64,000 nt of DNA, taken from positions 124,001-188,000 of the forward strand of contig NIVC01001894.1 in the NCBI GenBank assembly GCA_002269645.1. Reading direction: 5' to 3'. Origin of the DNA: Macrostomum lignano (taxonomy: Eukaryota). The position numbers and the translations under genes are program-made. The notes below the pieces were generated by a model that worked only from the letters and a program-made list of their open reading frames with translations, was not told where the DNA came from and did not search any database. Shown here piece by piece: positions 1 through 12,828 of the stretch (the first letter of the stretch is position 1; each line of letters starts with the position of its first letter).

Positions 1-1995
1 AAAACACACTGGAATTTGCTATTAATAATGGTTGATCAGTTCCTATTGCTACCAAAGCCTCTTCAGAGCACTATGTTGCATTTTGGCATCAAAGCATGAT
101 TCAACCAAAGTGACATTAAATGATTGAGGTAACTGAGTGCCACACTGAAGCCATTGCAACTTGTCATTAAGGCACTTTCTCAATGAGACTGCACACTCAT
201 TTAGGCAGATGCCTCTATCAATTATGCCATCTTAGAGCTATGACAGCAGGGAACTAGTCTGTCTATTCGTTTGCTAGAAACACTGCACAATTGTTTTTAC
301 AGCATTGAAGTAGCACCACCCTGGCTGCACAGTTTCTTCATTGAAATGGCAGAGTCAGAAGTGCAGCTAAACTGAATGCAGCAAAGTACACACTTGTTTT
401 GATGCTGAAAGACTTGATCTGCTTTAGGATGATGCTTAAGCACAACAGGTTAGAATGAACCTGATGTCAAAATTAGGTAAATTACTTGCTAAATAAGTAA
501 AATTATATAGTTTGTATATTACTATTTTAGTATACTAAGTATAGCATATTAGTAAGTAGCATTTTTTAACCTTTTTGCATCTACTGACAGAGCCATCTCA
601 ATGGAAGAGCAGTTTGAAGTTGCACTTCGAAATTGTGATGTGGGTTAAAAGCCAATAATTGTCCCAATACTGATGTCAAGTGCATGATTGGCTGCAAAAT
701 AGATATTTTGCGTACCATTGGCCAGTGTAGCAGAGGGCTTGACAGGCTTTATACTGCATTGCACTCTATTCTACCTACTAGCCTTGAAGCCAAATCTGCT
801 TTCTCTGCAAATGGCATGCTACTGACAAAGCTAAGCTCACACAAGGCAGAAACAATGCTTTCAAAATTGTGTTTGCTGCAGTTTAACTTTTAAAATAACT
901 AACTAACTAACTAATTATTCAATGTCATGTTGCTAGTAGTTTGGGCAATTTGCTTCCAAGACTCTTTATTTACCCACCCCTCTCACAAATGATCCAACTT
1001 CTGCACTCTATCTTATGACATTATGCTTCTATGGCAACAAAGCTTTATGCTATCAAGTATTTTTGGAACATGACATAAATTGTAGCTGCAATGTGATAGC
1101 CCCTATATTATATAACAGTTACACAATCTTAAAATCCCAAAACCCAAAACATCTTCCCTTATGTACAAGGATCTTCCAATTAGCACTTAGCAAGGCTCCC
1201 TTCTACAGTGGTCAAGGGTCAAGGTTGGGTCAAAGGGTTTTGCCATAATCTATCATGCATGTGATCTATGGATTTGATACTATTTAAAATCTAGATTTCT
1301 GAGCCAAAATTCAACCATTGGCTACCTGGGTTTACTCACTTTGACATCCCAGCTGCTTGCCATTAAGAAGAAACCTAGAGCAAATCCCTGCCCCTGTCCC
1401 GACTCCTATTCATTCCCAAAATCTATCTTAAATTCTAAGAGCAGTCTCTGTTTCCCCCAAAGTTGCTCTTCTAATCCCTTTTAATTAATTCCAATTCACT
1501 TCTACATCATCATTAGCATTGTCTTTAAGAAGAATCGAGCCAGAATCTGCTGTATATTTTTTGTAAGTGTTTTAAATGTTTTTAAAAAGTGGCAACACAT
1601 AAAAAATGAGAAAGGTGTAGTAAAACAATGTTGATGATAATAGATAAAAAGGCAATAAGTTTTTTATATATTGTAAAATTTCATTTAAAAACTTTAAACA
1701 ATTATTTCTGAATCTACTGCCTCCAATTGCTGGTACCTGTTTTTTATATAGAATTTTTCATAGAATTTAATTGTATTATTTTTACTTTTTGGTCCCCACT
1801 TTTATCCACATAGTTATCTAAACATTACCCACCAACGATATGTATGCATAACCATTTAGTAGCAAATGGACTTTCTTCTTCTTTTTTCTTCTGTTTTATT
1901 ATCCAAAATGGCATACAAACAAGAAGAAACAATGATCTCATTGCCAGATCTTACCACAACTCCAATAATAATACCAATGGTTTGGGTAAATGGCA

Positions 1996-2362
1996 AGGGG
2001 GGCTATAGCCCAGTAGTAGCATAGCTGCTCTGGTGTGCCAGTGACCCAGGCTTGATTCCAAGTGCAGTCGCATTAATTTTGGGCTGAATTAGAAGCTCGG
2101 CTTGGCTCTGCTTGTGCAATTTACAGCCTTGAGAGCCAACACCCCAAGGCACAGTGAAGTGTACATGCCTAATGATAATATAAAGTTAGGGTTGTTAGGG
2201 CCGCTGTACATTCCTATGTATATGCCTGCATACATATCTGCATACTTGTATGCTTGCTTAGGAGAATAGGCGGAATGGGCAGGAATGCCTCTTGCCGGTT
2301 GTGTGTTGATGTCGCTTAAAGTGCGTCAAGGTGCACATGACCCCCCTGCCTCTAATAAAAAA
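1996..2362 (+). mobile_element. tRNA-derived SINE (group 2), old C>T-decayed copy with 14-bp TSD
   Basis: A-box-like TAGCCCAGTAG and B-box-like GGCTTGATTCC in the head, AATAAAAAA tail, and identical flanks TTGGGTAAATGGCA at 1982-1995 and 2363-2376. Aligns end to end with the reverse complement of 53251-53614. Confidence 0.85.
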
Positions 2363-3096
2363 TTGGGTAAATGGCAGGAGTCAATACCTTATCATCTAAT
2401 TAGTACTCCTTTGCTAATTTGGAGTACTAATTAAATGGGCATTTTTGCAACTTAACTTGGCTGGGCCCTTTGCCAGACAGCTAGATTGGCTTGGTGTTGT
2501 ACCTGGATGATTTATATAAGGATAAAAGGAATAATTGTGGTCTAAGGATTAAAATTCCATTTACAGCACCTCATTACTTTAAGAATAAGAGAAAAAACCA
2601 TCAATAGTATTTTTTAAAGCACTAATACAAAATAATCTAAGAGAAAAGCTAAAAAATGACATATTAGGCATAAAAATCCATTGGATAATTTAAAAGTTAT
2701 ATTATCTATAACTTGGAAAATCAGACATTTAGAAGAAAAATGATCATAGTAGGCCCTACCTTATGGGAAAAAATGCATTACAGAAGTTTAAAAAAATATG
2801 ACACTAAAATGATATAACTTTTTTATTACTTAACCAAAATTCAAAAGTAAAGTGTCTTTTTACTCATACAAACAAGATCTATCATACTACATAATTAGAA
2901 ATTTAGAAGATTCAAAATCTCACTAGACCTCTTAAATAGTTACATGTATATGTTACAAATAAAAATGGCCAGGTGATTCTAAAGGTTGCAAATATATAGT
3001 ATGATAGACGATGGTAATGAGCTCTTGTATAGTAAAGTGAAAGTTGCATAGCTTATAGCTTAAGTAGGCCTATAGGCTAGAATGTACTTGACATGA

Positions 3097-3940
3097 CAGG
3101 TACAAACTAAATTGCAGAAACGGATGTGGATAGGCCTATGGAATGGATTCATATATTAAAATGCAGATATGGATATAGGTTACTTTTTTGTGGAATCAAT
3201 ATGGATATAAATAGTAGATGTAGAAAATCTCTAGATTTAGTTCTGTTTAGTTCTGTTAGTTAGTTTAGTAACATAGATTTATATTCTGCTTTATTTCTGT
3301 TTCTGTTTAAGTCCTATTTTCAGATAAATTTTTCTCCTTTACATTTATTGTGAAATAATGATAAAAAATCTTTTTCTCTATTTTGAAAACTAAAGCTGCT
3401 CTGAGATATGCTACTGATAGTAGAAAATAAGAAATTTGATTAGTTTTGAAGTTATTTTTGTTGCTAGATTTAATAGAAAAAATGTATATATATAACATGT
3501 GTATGTGTATTTCTAAAGACCACAAATATGTAAAGTTTAAGTTTGGATTCTAAATAGTTCAGCTAGATAGTTCAAATCTAGATCAAATCTAGACTAGTTT
3601 CTTGTTTTCATGTACCTGTGCCAATTCTGTAAAAGACATGTAAGTCTCTTGATGATTTCCTCATCTGATTTGTTTTTTTTTAATGGAGACAACAATTTTC
3701 TATCATTATTCACAATAAATTTGAATAAGAAAAATTCATCTAAAAATCAAATAGAACTAAATATAAAACAGAATATAAATCAATGTTTTGATAGAACTAA
3801 ATCTAGTGATTTTCTACATCTGCTTTTTATATCTGCATTGATTCTGCAAAATAGTAATCTGCATTTGTATCCAAATTTTAGTAGGCCTATGCAAATCCAT
3901 TCTGTATCTGCATCCATTTCTGCAGTTTAGTTGGTACCTG
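3097..3940. mobile_element. hAT-like non-autonomous element (MITE)
   Basis: Both ends begin CAGGTAC(A/C)AACTAAA(T/C)TGCAGAAA and the imperfect inverted homology runs ~150 bp. TGACATGA flanks both sides (3089-3096 and 3942-3949). A CAG terminus with an ~8-bp TSD is typical of hAT. Confidence 0.7.
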
Positions 3941-5445
3941 ATGACATGAGTTCCTATGACCATGGATTTTATAATTGGAGGTGACAAAGCCTAGAATCGA
4001 ACATGTACACATATATGACTGAATTCCTACATTTCTATTATTTTGAGAATTGTATTATTATAGGACTAGCACTTATTTTGGTATTGCAAGCATTTATTGT
4101 GGTATTTTATATATTCTTTTTGATATTTCAACTTTCAAGCACTTATTTTGGCATTATAAACATTCTTTTAAACATCGCAGGCACCTATTTTAGTGCCAAA
4201 GGTGTTATATATTGGCCCCTGGTAGAAAAATTATTAATTAGGGCCTACCACAATAATTAATAAGGTGGGCATTGGCCCTTAGGCCTATAGCTTTTACTAA
4301 TGGGGTTGGGGACATGTCCCCCCCAGTGGCAACATGCCTGCCTTTAGGCCTACTAAGTTTGACTGCACCAAGAACTAGGCCCCTAGGCCTATGAAATTTT
4401 TGTTTTGCGTAAAAATAATTTTGAACAAGAAACAAAAAGATTGCCTTGCCCCTAACCTAATGAAGTTTTAGTCTGTTAGCCATAAATTCACTATGACTTC
4501 CATTTCCATAGGCTAAAGGTAAATTAATTTGTTGGTACTCAATTCACACATGGGTATAAAATGTATAATATAGGCCTAAGTAAAAATTTATAGGCCTAGG
4601 CCTACAAGGCAAAATCATAACACAAAATTAAAATCACAAAAAAACATAATATATGGCAAAAAAGTGGACAATTGTTGGACAAAAAACTAGCTACCCTTTA
4701 GACCTATACGAGTCCAATAGTATAATTCACTTTCAGTTATTTGGTCTGTCTGCAATCTGCATTACATTTAATTGATGACTTATTTGACAATTATCTATGT
4801 ACTCATCATTTCTCATCTAAGTATCGTCCTTGTTCTCATCATCTCACTTTTTACTTAAGTTAATAGATAAATTTTCAAGTCTACATCGAAAAAGTTAAGC
4901 AGTTAAAGTAATTTACGTTTTTAAATAAATAAAACTATTTAATTTTGAGAAAAGTAAGTTTAAGTTTAAGTTTTTAATTTGATTTTCTAGCTTGTTTAAA
5001 GTTCAATCCTTGATTTTCTTAGAAACGAGCTCTTTAAGTTCGATTTTTTCCAGATTCAGATAACGTTGAACGTGTAAAGTGTTCGCTTATTTCTAGTCCT
5101 TAACTAACAAGTTTCATGAAAATTGGTGGAGCTGTGTCTGCTAAAATCAATCGCATACCTACTTACGGACAACTCATTTATTGTATATGATATTAGTTTG
5201 TGTTTGTTTAGGCCTAATAAGTTAGAAAACGTAAAAAAGAACAAGGAAACTTTAACTCTTGATAAACCTGTATAACTTTCGCCGACACATTTTCAGGCAG
5301 ATCTTCCGACACGTTTTTATGACACTTAAAATGTCGCAAAAAGTGTCAGAAAAAGTGTCGTGTAACAGTTAACTTTTGCCAACACATTTTCAGATAGATC
5401 TTCCGACACTAGTTTGTGTTTGTGTCTAAAGTTATACAGGTGTAC

Positions 5446-6178
5446 ACTTCGGTAACAGCCATTTTGGTAACAGCCACATTGGTAACAAAAAATGATCACT
5501 TTGGTAACAGTAACAGCCATTTCGGTAATAGTCACTTTGGTAACAAGTGGGAATAATAAATTAATTGATATGCTCCAAAAAAGTTCTGTATAGTGTGAAA
5601 AAAACTTTAAAGAAAGAATGACAAAACACATGCATATCTGCATCTGTTTAACTTGTTGAAATGTGTTTTAACCAATCATTTTTATTTCTGGATAAGTCAG
5701 ATACATGCACTGGAGGGCGGAGACATCCTCTAATTGCCCAAATATTATACACCATATACATTAGTATCTCTAATCTAGTCTAGTTAACAAATAGTGACTT
5801 AGATTTATAGAATCTACTTTGCCCATATCTTCATTTATTATTTAATTTTTTTTTCAAATTCAAATGTAGACCAGCTCAAGCTTAGCTTAATTTTCTTTGC
5901 CTTCAATTTTTTTTCATAAAGTAATATGCAAGTATAAACAAATTATAATTATACTTATATAATTATACTTTCAACTAGAAAGTTTAACCATAGGCCTATG
6001 TGGCAATAAGATATTTGAGATATTTATTATTAAACTAATTATTGCTAATCCTAAGTATTCACAGTTATAAATCTGTTTTGTTACCAAAGTGGCTATTATC
6101 AAATCTAAAATGGCCATTACCAAAGTGGTCATTCTTGTTACTAAAGTGGCTATTATTGAAATGGCTGTTATTGAAGTG
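5446..6178. mobile_element. Non-autonomous TIR element with repetitive subterminal motifs, superfamily unassigned
   Basis: Left end CACTTCGGTAACAGCCATTTTGGTAACAGCC aligns with the reverse complement of 6078-6178 (CACTTCAATAACAGCCATTTCAATAATAGCC). No clear TSD. Confidence 0.55.
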
Positions 6179-8059
6179 GATTGTATTTGTCTCTATCTAG
6201 GGTTAGGCCCTTGCCTTATAGGCCTATCATATGGTTATACTATACATAGGCCTAGCTCATATAAATTAGGTTTGTTTTCTAGTCCAGGATTTTTAGTGTA
6301 AATTTTTATAATGCTTAATACTAGTAAATTTCTCAATTTTTCTTTGATAGGCTAACCTATTTTGCTTTATAATATTTATATTATATATCCTAAAGGCTAA
6401 AATAGTTTTATAGTAGAATTCTAGCTGTTTTGGCCTAAAAAAATTTGGCCATGGACTTTTGGCCCTATGTATTGGTTTCCCAACAGACATTCAGACAGAC
6501 ATTCAGAAATCATTCAGTAAATGTTTAACAAAATTGTCTATTTATTATGCAAGATACTGTGAATTTACAGAAACTTTTATGCATGTCTCTGCTTTAAAAA
6601 GATACCTCAGACACACAAAGACGCTTCACAGGCTAAGATATTCCCTAGCAACTATTGTTACGACATTTCCCAATATACCAAATACTGTATATAGTAGTTT
6701 TTTAAAAAGCCACTACATCGTCCCACTTTGGTCTTTCTGCATGAAATTTGCACAGCTATTTTACACATGTCTCTGCTTTAAAAAGACATCTCAGACACAC
6801 ACAAAGACGCTTCACAAGCTGAGATATTCCCTAGCAAATGTTTTTATGACATTTTCTATATGTATTGAATGCTGTTTGATGTTGCTGCTGAATCATATAA
6901 CTGTTTTTTCAGAAGCTGTGCTATTTCTGCATGAAAATTGCACTACTGCTTTATGCATGCCTTGCTGTAGGAAGACACATTAAAGACCAACAAAGATGCT
7001 TCACAAGCTGAGATATTCTTTAACAATGGTTACTACAATGTTTTCTAAATACTTAGTATACCGAATGCTATAATACGTATATTAATAATATTATTTTTTA
7101 GTAATATTATTAATATTAATGTTATTACTATTAATGTTACTGTACTGCTATTATTACTAATATTAATATGAATTTATACTGCATTACTATTATTATTATA
7201 AAGTTAAGATTATAATTATTAAGAGCAAATGTACATGTAAAAAACGTTGGGTAGTATTTAAACGTTGCAAAAAAGCAAAAAAAGCAAGGAAGCAAAAAAA
7301 GCAACAAAAACAGCCCTGAAAGAAATCACAAGTAAATGTAACTTTTTAAGACTCTGCACCCTTGTCTAGAGTGTCAACTATACCTGATACAAGTGATTGA
7401 GACAGCAAATTTGTCAAACGACTACCAGAATAAAGTAAGACCTGACTCTCAAAATGGCAAAGAAAGTCTGCAACTCAATTATGACTGGAGAGTATCAGGT
7501 ATCACTTTAAGAAATCGATCTGCCTACCACAGAAGCAAATCAGTCTCGAACCGATTCGCAATTGACAACTCTGACAAGGGTAAGCGAAATTGCCTACCAA
7601 ACAACTACAGAACGTGCAAACGCCAAAGACAGGCGCCAAACGTAGAAAAAGTGATCACTTTGCTAAACAGTGCACATCAGTAAAATTGAACAGAATTAAT
7701 GTTATCGACTCAGATGATGGAGCAATCCCATCAGCAACTGAGAATCAAACTATAGAAAATAAGCATCAAAACATTTTGTGCAATGAAACATAAAACACCC
7801 CATAAATATCACATCAGACTTGATCTGCAATAACTGCATTGTCCCTTTCTTTATTCAACACAGTCAGCATTTTATGCATCAAGTCTGGCGCAATTGGAGC
7901 AAACATTTGCCATGCTTTTCCAGCTGTTCCAACAGATTTTGTGGTACCAAAAGAGGCAGGAGGGGCATTCAATCTAAAATGATGCAGAAAAGGTCTTGCT
8001 AGCTGGTTGAATCTGTTACTGTTGTACATGTACATGTAAAATGCATGGGTATTTTATAT

Positions 8060-8654
8060 CGCATTAATTTACCTATTTGATTCGCTTCCTTTGGCTAGCG
8101 GGCTCCTCCAAGCCACAGAACCTGCAAACGGGTTGCTCGGTTTCTTCTATGAAATTAAACACAGTATTTTTAATGTGCTGGCAAGCGGCGCTCAATTTCT
8201 GCGCAGTGCATGCAGACAACACAGTGCACTTATCAAGAAACAAATTGCAGCCAAATAAGTAGGTCAGAATGCCACATGAAAATGTATCCTTTTGCTAGGT
8301 GCACATTCTTACTACACTTCTAAACTTTCTACCCCTAAGGTGCTCCATCTGCTCAGGGAGAAAGGTAGAAGCAGCCAGAGAAGCAAGGAGCTCACTAAAA
8401 TTAGAAAATGGCACATAAGTTCAGTTAATATGCCTTGCAAATTTCAAAGCCCCCCTTCTCGTGTACATTTTACAGTATTTGGCAGTATAGTTCAATGCCA
8501 ATTGCTTTCTTCTGTCACTCCAACATATGGAGTCCAGGTAGTGCACTGTGAGATTGTCAAAGAACACAGCCAAAAGCCAAAAATGGCTTTGTGTAAGCAT
8601 CGGGACCAGAATTTTCTTCAGTCTAAAATTTTTTATAAAATTAAAAAAAAACAT
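8060..8654 (-). pseudogene. Ulp1/SENP-like C48 cysteine protease remnant followed by a Cys-rich segment, inside the MULE
   Basis: One reading frame gives LVPMLTQSHFWLLAVF..HYLDS..(stop)..MCT*QKDTFSCGILT, i.e. the His/Asp/Gln/Cys of C48 proteases. VCRFCG follows in the same frame. In-frame stops fall at 8421-8423 and just before QKD. Confidence 0.75.
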
Positions 8655-9003
8655 ATTGCATAGCCGTGTCCATGTTGGAAAATGTGTCGGGCTAAGGGAA
8701 CTTGAAAAGAAGACATTTTTTACAGCACCCAGGAGGGCACTTCATGATTGTGCTTAGTACGAAGCAGTGGTACAAATTGAAGGAATTGTTCAGTCAAATA
8801 CATGTCTAAGGCAAGAGGCGGCAAGGGCAGGCAGGAATGGGCAGGTGCAGCCAAGAAGAGTTCAGGGGAGGGCAAAAGATGAGAAAAGCTCAGCCTCAAA
8901 CTCAGGAAGAATTCATGATGCAAAAACTTTTTAAGAAGGAATCAAATTCCCTTTTGAACCCAATAAAAGGAACCAAGGGTCCAAGGGAACCAAAGAGATT
9001 ACT

Positions 9004-9789
9004 GGCTCATTCCATATAAGCATGGTCGTAACATGACAGGTTATTTTTACTTATAAAATGAAATCTAATAATAGAATATACTAAACCAATATTTTAAATG
9101 AAAGATTATTTTGTCTAGAATATATTTATAGAGTTTCATATAGATATCATCATTAGTATAGATGCTATTAAACCTTAAATGACACTTATGGTCGTAACGA
9201 CAGGATTTTTGACATATAGAAACTAAAAGGTAAAAGTCTTATAACATTTTTCATTTTTGATATTTTGCAATACATTTTTAAAATTTGACTAAGAACATCT
9301 TTAGAAATCATACTCTTTTATTAGAATATATAAACTCAAAAGGCAACAAAGATACAAAAGAAAATGCAGCCTTATGGTCGTAACATTATGGTCGTAACAT
9401 ATTTTTTTCTGTCAATTCAGTAACTTTGAGGTACTAATACATTAAAAATATAATAGATTATTTGGTCACCAATGCTTTTATCTGATGATGCAAGTACTAT
9501 ACTTTTATCTATAGTTTGTTTCAACCTTCAAAAGCTTTCTATTTGTTTTTAAAAGGTACAAAATCTTAATGATGTCTTTTGCTTCGAAAAATGTCCAAAT
9601 TTTTACAAAAATGACTTTTTGCCAATTGATAACATACTAATCCAACATTTTACCATTCCTTTATTCTTAGATTGTATATATTGCACAATATAAACATTTG
9701 GTAAAAAAATAGGCTAATTAGGCAATGGCAAGCAAAAATATTGACTTTTTTCTATTTTCCAAATATGTCCATCTTATATGGAATGAGCC
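9004..9789. mobile_element. MITE with perfect 17-bp TIR nested in the MULE
   Basis: GGCTCATTCCATATAAG (9004-9020) and CTTATATGGAATGAGCC (9773-9789). The interior is AT-rich and non-coding with repeated ATGGTCGTAAC. No convincing TSD. Confidence 0.7.
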
Positions 9790-10451
9790 TTCTTCAGAAT
9801 TACAGAATTTTTGCAGGATTTTTCCACCTCTGCATGTGGATATCAACTATACTCCTAGCAATGGTCGATAGTGAAACCAAAATCAGATTAAAAGTTAAAA
9901 TTTCACATTATGCTTACCGCTTGACCAAGGAAATAGTTCTGAAGAGATTCAATGTGCTGAGAGCCTTTGCTACCACCATCTAGCAAGGAAAGAAAATCAC
10001 TCTGCTGCATAGCAACTCTATCTGCTCTGCTAGCAATTGCAGCCAAGTAGCCGTACACAACCTGATAATATTTTTAATACCTTCTAAACATTAAATTACA
10101 TACCATAAAGCTATGACGCAAAGCGCTTCCTACAAATTTCTTACCGCATAGTCCAGCCAGTTCCTACCATTAGGTGACTCTAATTGCTCTTCTGAAATTG
10201 GCGTTCCTCTTACATCTCGTAGAGCCAAATTTTTTTAGCTGGGCGGTTGCTGAGAGTTGCGTGGCAGTTGCTAAGAGTCGTGTGGCGATTGCTGAGAGTC
10301 GCGTGGCGGTTGCTGAGAGTCGTGTGGCGGTTGCTGAGAGTTGTGTGGCGATTTTGGAAACTCACAGGGGGGAGGCTGTGACTTTGTTTGTGGTGTCTGC
10401 CTACTGTTTGAGTATCTGCATCGTTTTTTGCCCTAGCTTTCTTCAGCCCCA

Positions 10452-12828
10452 TCAGCTGTCTCCGCCGCGGCCTTCCTTTTTTTGTTGGCAAAATCGTGGT
10501 GGAGCAACTTGCCAAAGTAATTTTGCTTCCTTTATCCTTTCATGACAGAAACTTGCGGTTAATTTCGAGAACTCTGCGACAGAGACAGGTAGCTGAAATT
10601 TGGATTTTATTCTCTTAAACCAGCTCTCAATGTGAGCATTTGAAAAAGGAGACTTCATGCAGCTTTTCAAGAATTCATGGTTCCAGATGCAGGCAGCCCA
10701 TAAGGGAAAGTAGGAGAGGTATCAGATGACAAACATTTCAACTATTTTCGGTGAATGCAATTCGTTATTGATAGCAACTTCCTACACTTCCACAGTGCTA
10801 AGTGATTGATGTCCTCCATGCATTAAAGTACTCATAAAAGGGCCATCATTTGTATAATGAACTATTCGTTTCATCCTCATTAGTACTGTCATTGTCTTCG
10901 TGATCTCCTTCCTCTGACTGTCCATCTGAGTTGGTCCCTTGCTCATCATCTTTGCTATTATAGGGTTTGGACATTATACGCTGGCATACTTTCGTAGACT
11001 TTGTCAAAAAAATGTTCATTGCATCCCGAATTGTTGAATTAACTTCTTCTACAACCTTAATAGTCATAACTCTGTAGAAGTATCTCAAAAAAATGTCCCT
11101 GATTCGCTTTGAATACTTCTTCTGCTTTAGATACCGGCTTACTGAATGCATTAGATGATTTGTACAGAGCATTACCCCGTAACTGTGACAGAAGTGTTGG
11201 CTTTTTTGGAAATAGTGATATTGCATATTTAAATACGTCTCCAAATCGCATTGGTGGAATTCAAAGCAGCTATGTATCAGTGCCCAGGAAAAGTCTGTCA
11301 CCCATAGGATTGGTACGTAGGCTTGCCTCAACTGTGACATCATGTTGACAATATGATGGCGCAGAACATGCAAGAAATGTGCTATTGATGCGACAGAATG
11401 TCCATTTGTAATGCAGTCTGCTATTGAGACAGATTTCATGCGGTCGGTAGCTGTTGTTACAATAGAGTACAGGAATACGCGTCTAATATAATCCGCTTTT
11501 TTAATTATCAATCCGGTGGCGTTAATATGAAGAACATTAAGCTCATTATCCTGTATTAGGTTGATTAAATATTGCAGTTGGTAACCAGAATACAAAACGA
11601 CACGCAGGGGGATCAGCGCAGCACTCTCTAACTATTCCCGGCAAATACTTGTGTGGGTATTCTTCTTATAGAGCAGTCTGCATAATGAGTAATTCCATAT
11701 TAACGTCCTTATGTAGTAATTTCGCCTCTTACCTTTTTGGCTATTCTTTCCATTACAAATTTCAATTTGCGTGAGTCAAAGTTTTTGCTCAAGATGTGAT
11801 GCATGTGCTAATCTTCATTGGACAGCTTTCGATGCACTCCAGACGCTCCATGCTCTGCGACAAGTTTTGTGAAATTTTCTTCCTCATCCTCTGTTATTCT
11901 TCTAAAAGTTGATGATTCCACTTTCAAGTGGTCAAAGGGCCTTTTCATATTGCTTGCTCTGGTTCCAGAACCAGAACCAATTTGTGAAGTATAACTTTTT
12001 GTCTCCATAACTAAAGGGAGATACGTGCTATAAAGTTTTTATTATTGAATGACAATCGCCAAGAAGAAAGTGAAAAATTGTGCTAAGTTAGGTTGTTAAG
12101 GCAGTCAAATATTAACAGAGTTTAATAGTTATACTGCTGTTTTTCTTAGAATTCCGAACCGATTCTGGCCCAATATGAAAAGGCCCAAAGAGACCTTGTC
12201 CAATGACGTGCCACTCCCAGCGTTCTTGTGATTGGGGTTCTTCCTTCATTACAAAACTAAGTTCTCTCTCGCACCCCTGCATCTGCATCTTGCACGCAGC
12301 CCTTACTGTCCAGAAATTCATAGATTTTTTTCTAGATTCAACTGCACTAATATGACAGTAACCCCTCATGCGCAGGCAATAAGACGATACAGATCTCAAT
12401 GATTTGCAGAGAGCTTCATTTAGTGCTGGCTTCAAAAAAACATACTTGGAATTATTGATTCGTAAATTAATCTTCCTTATAGCATTAATTGATATTGTCA
12501 CTGTTGCTGTCACTTCATTCCTTGAGGAGCAGTCCATAACAAGTTGCCCTTCAGGAGTCCCCTCAAGAGTCTCTTCAGGAGTCCCTTTAGGAGTCCCTTT
12601 AGGAGTCCCTTCAGGAGTCCCTTCAGGAGTCCCTTCAGGAGTCTCTTCAGGAAAAACTATACGTAATAAATGTACATAAAGAAAAACTGCCTCCTGTACA
12701 GTGTTAATATTGCTGATAGATCTGCCTAAAGTAAAGTGCTTCAGAGCAGTAGAAGGCAAATACAAGTATAATGTAAATTCCATGCTAGTGTCCAAATGCA
12801 AGTTAGATGTGAGCATGCCTTCAGGCAA
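10452..12828 (-). pseudogene. NOF-like MULE DDE transposase, fragmented by stops and frameshifts
   Basis: Motifs in order: LHKDVNMELLIM..PGIV..P/LRVVLYSGYQL, LHINATG (first catalytic D read as N), VTDFSWALIHS (second D), LCTNH (CxxH), YFPLWAA and SNAHIESWFKRIK (catalytic E). The order matches Mutator-family transposases. Confidence 0.8.

Noticed and set aside
4860-5200. Possible Helentron/DINE-1-like non-autonomous element ends here and at 13405-13500
   Set aside because: Only loose motif resemblance (AAGTTTCATGAAAATTGG and (TATC)n..CTGAACCAATTTT). Termini and hairpin could not be defined by eye.
6459-6983. 174-aa ORF and its mirror images at 12741-12971 and 13037-13249 as genes
   Set aside because: They are translations of the MULE terminal inverted repeats, which is why they mirror each other.
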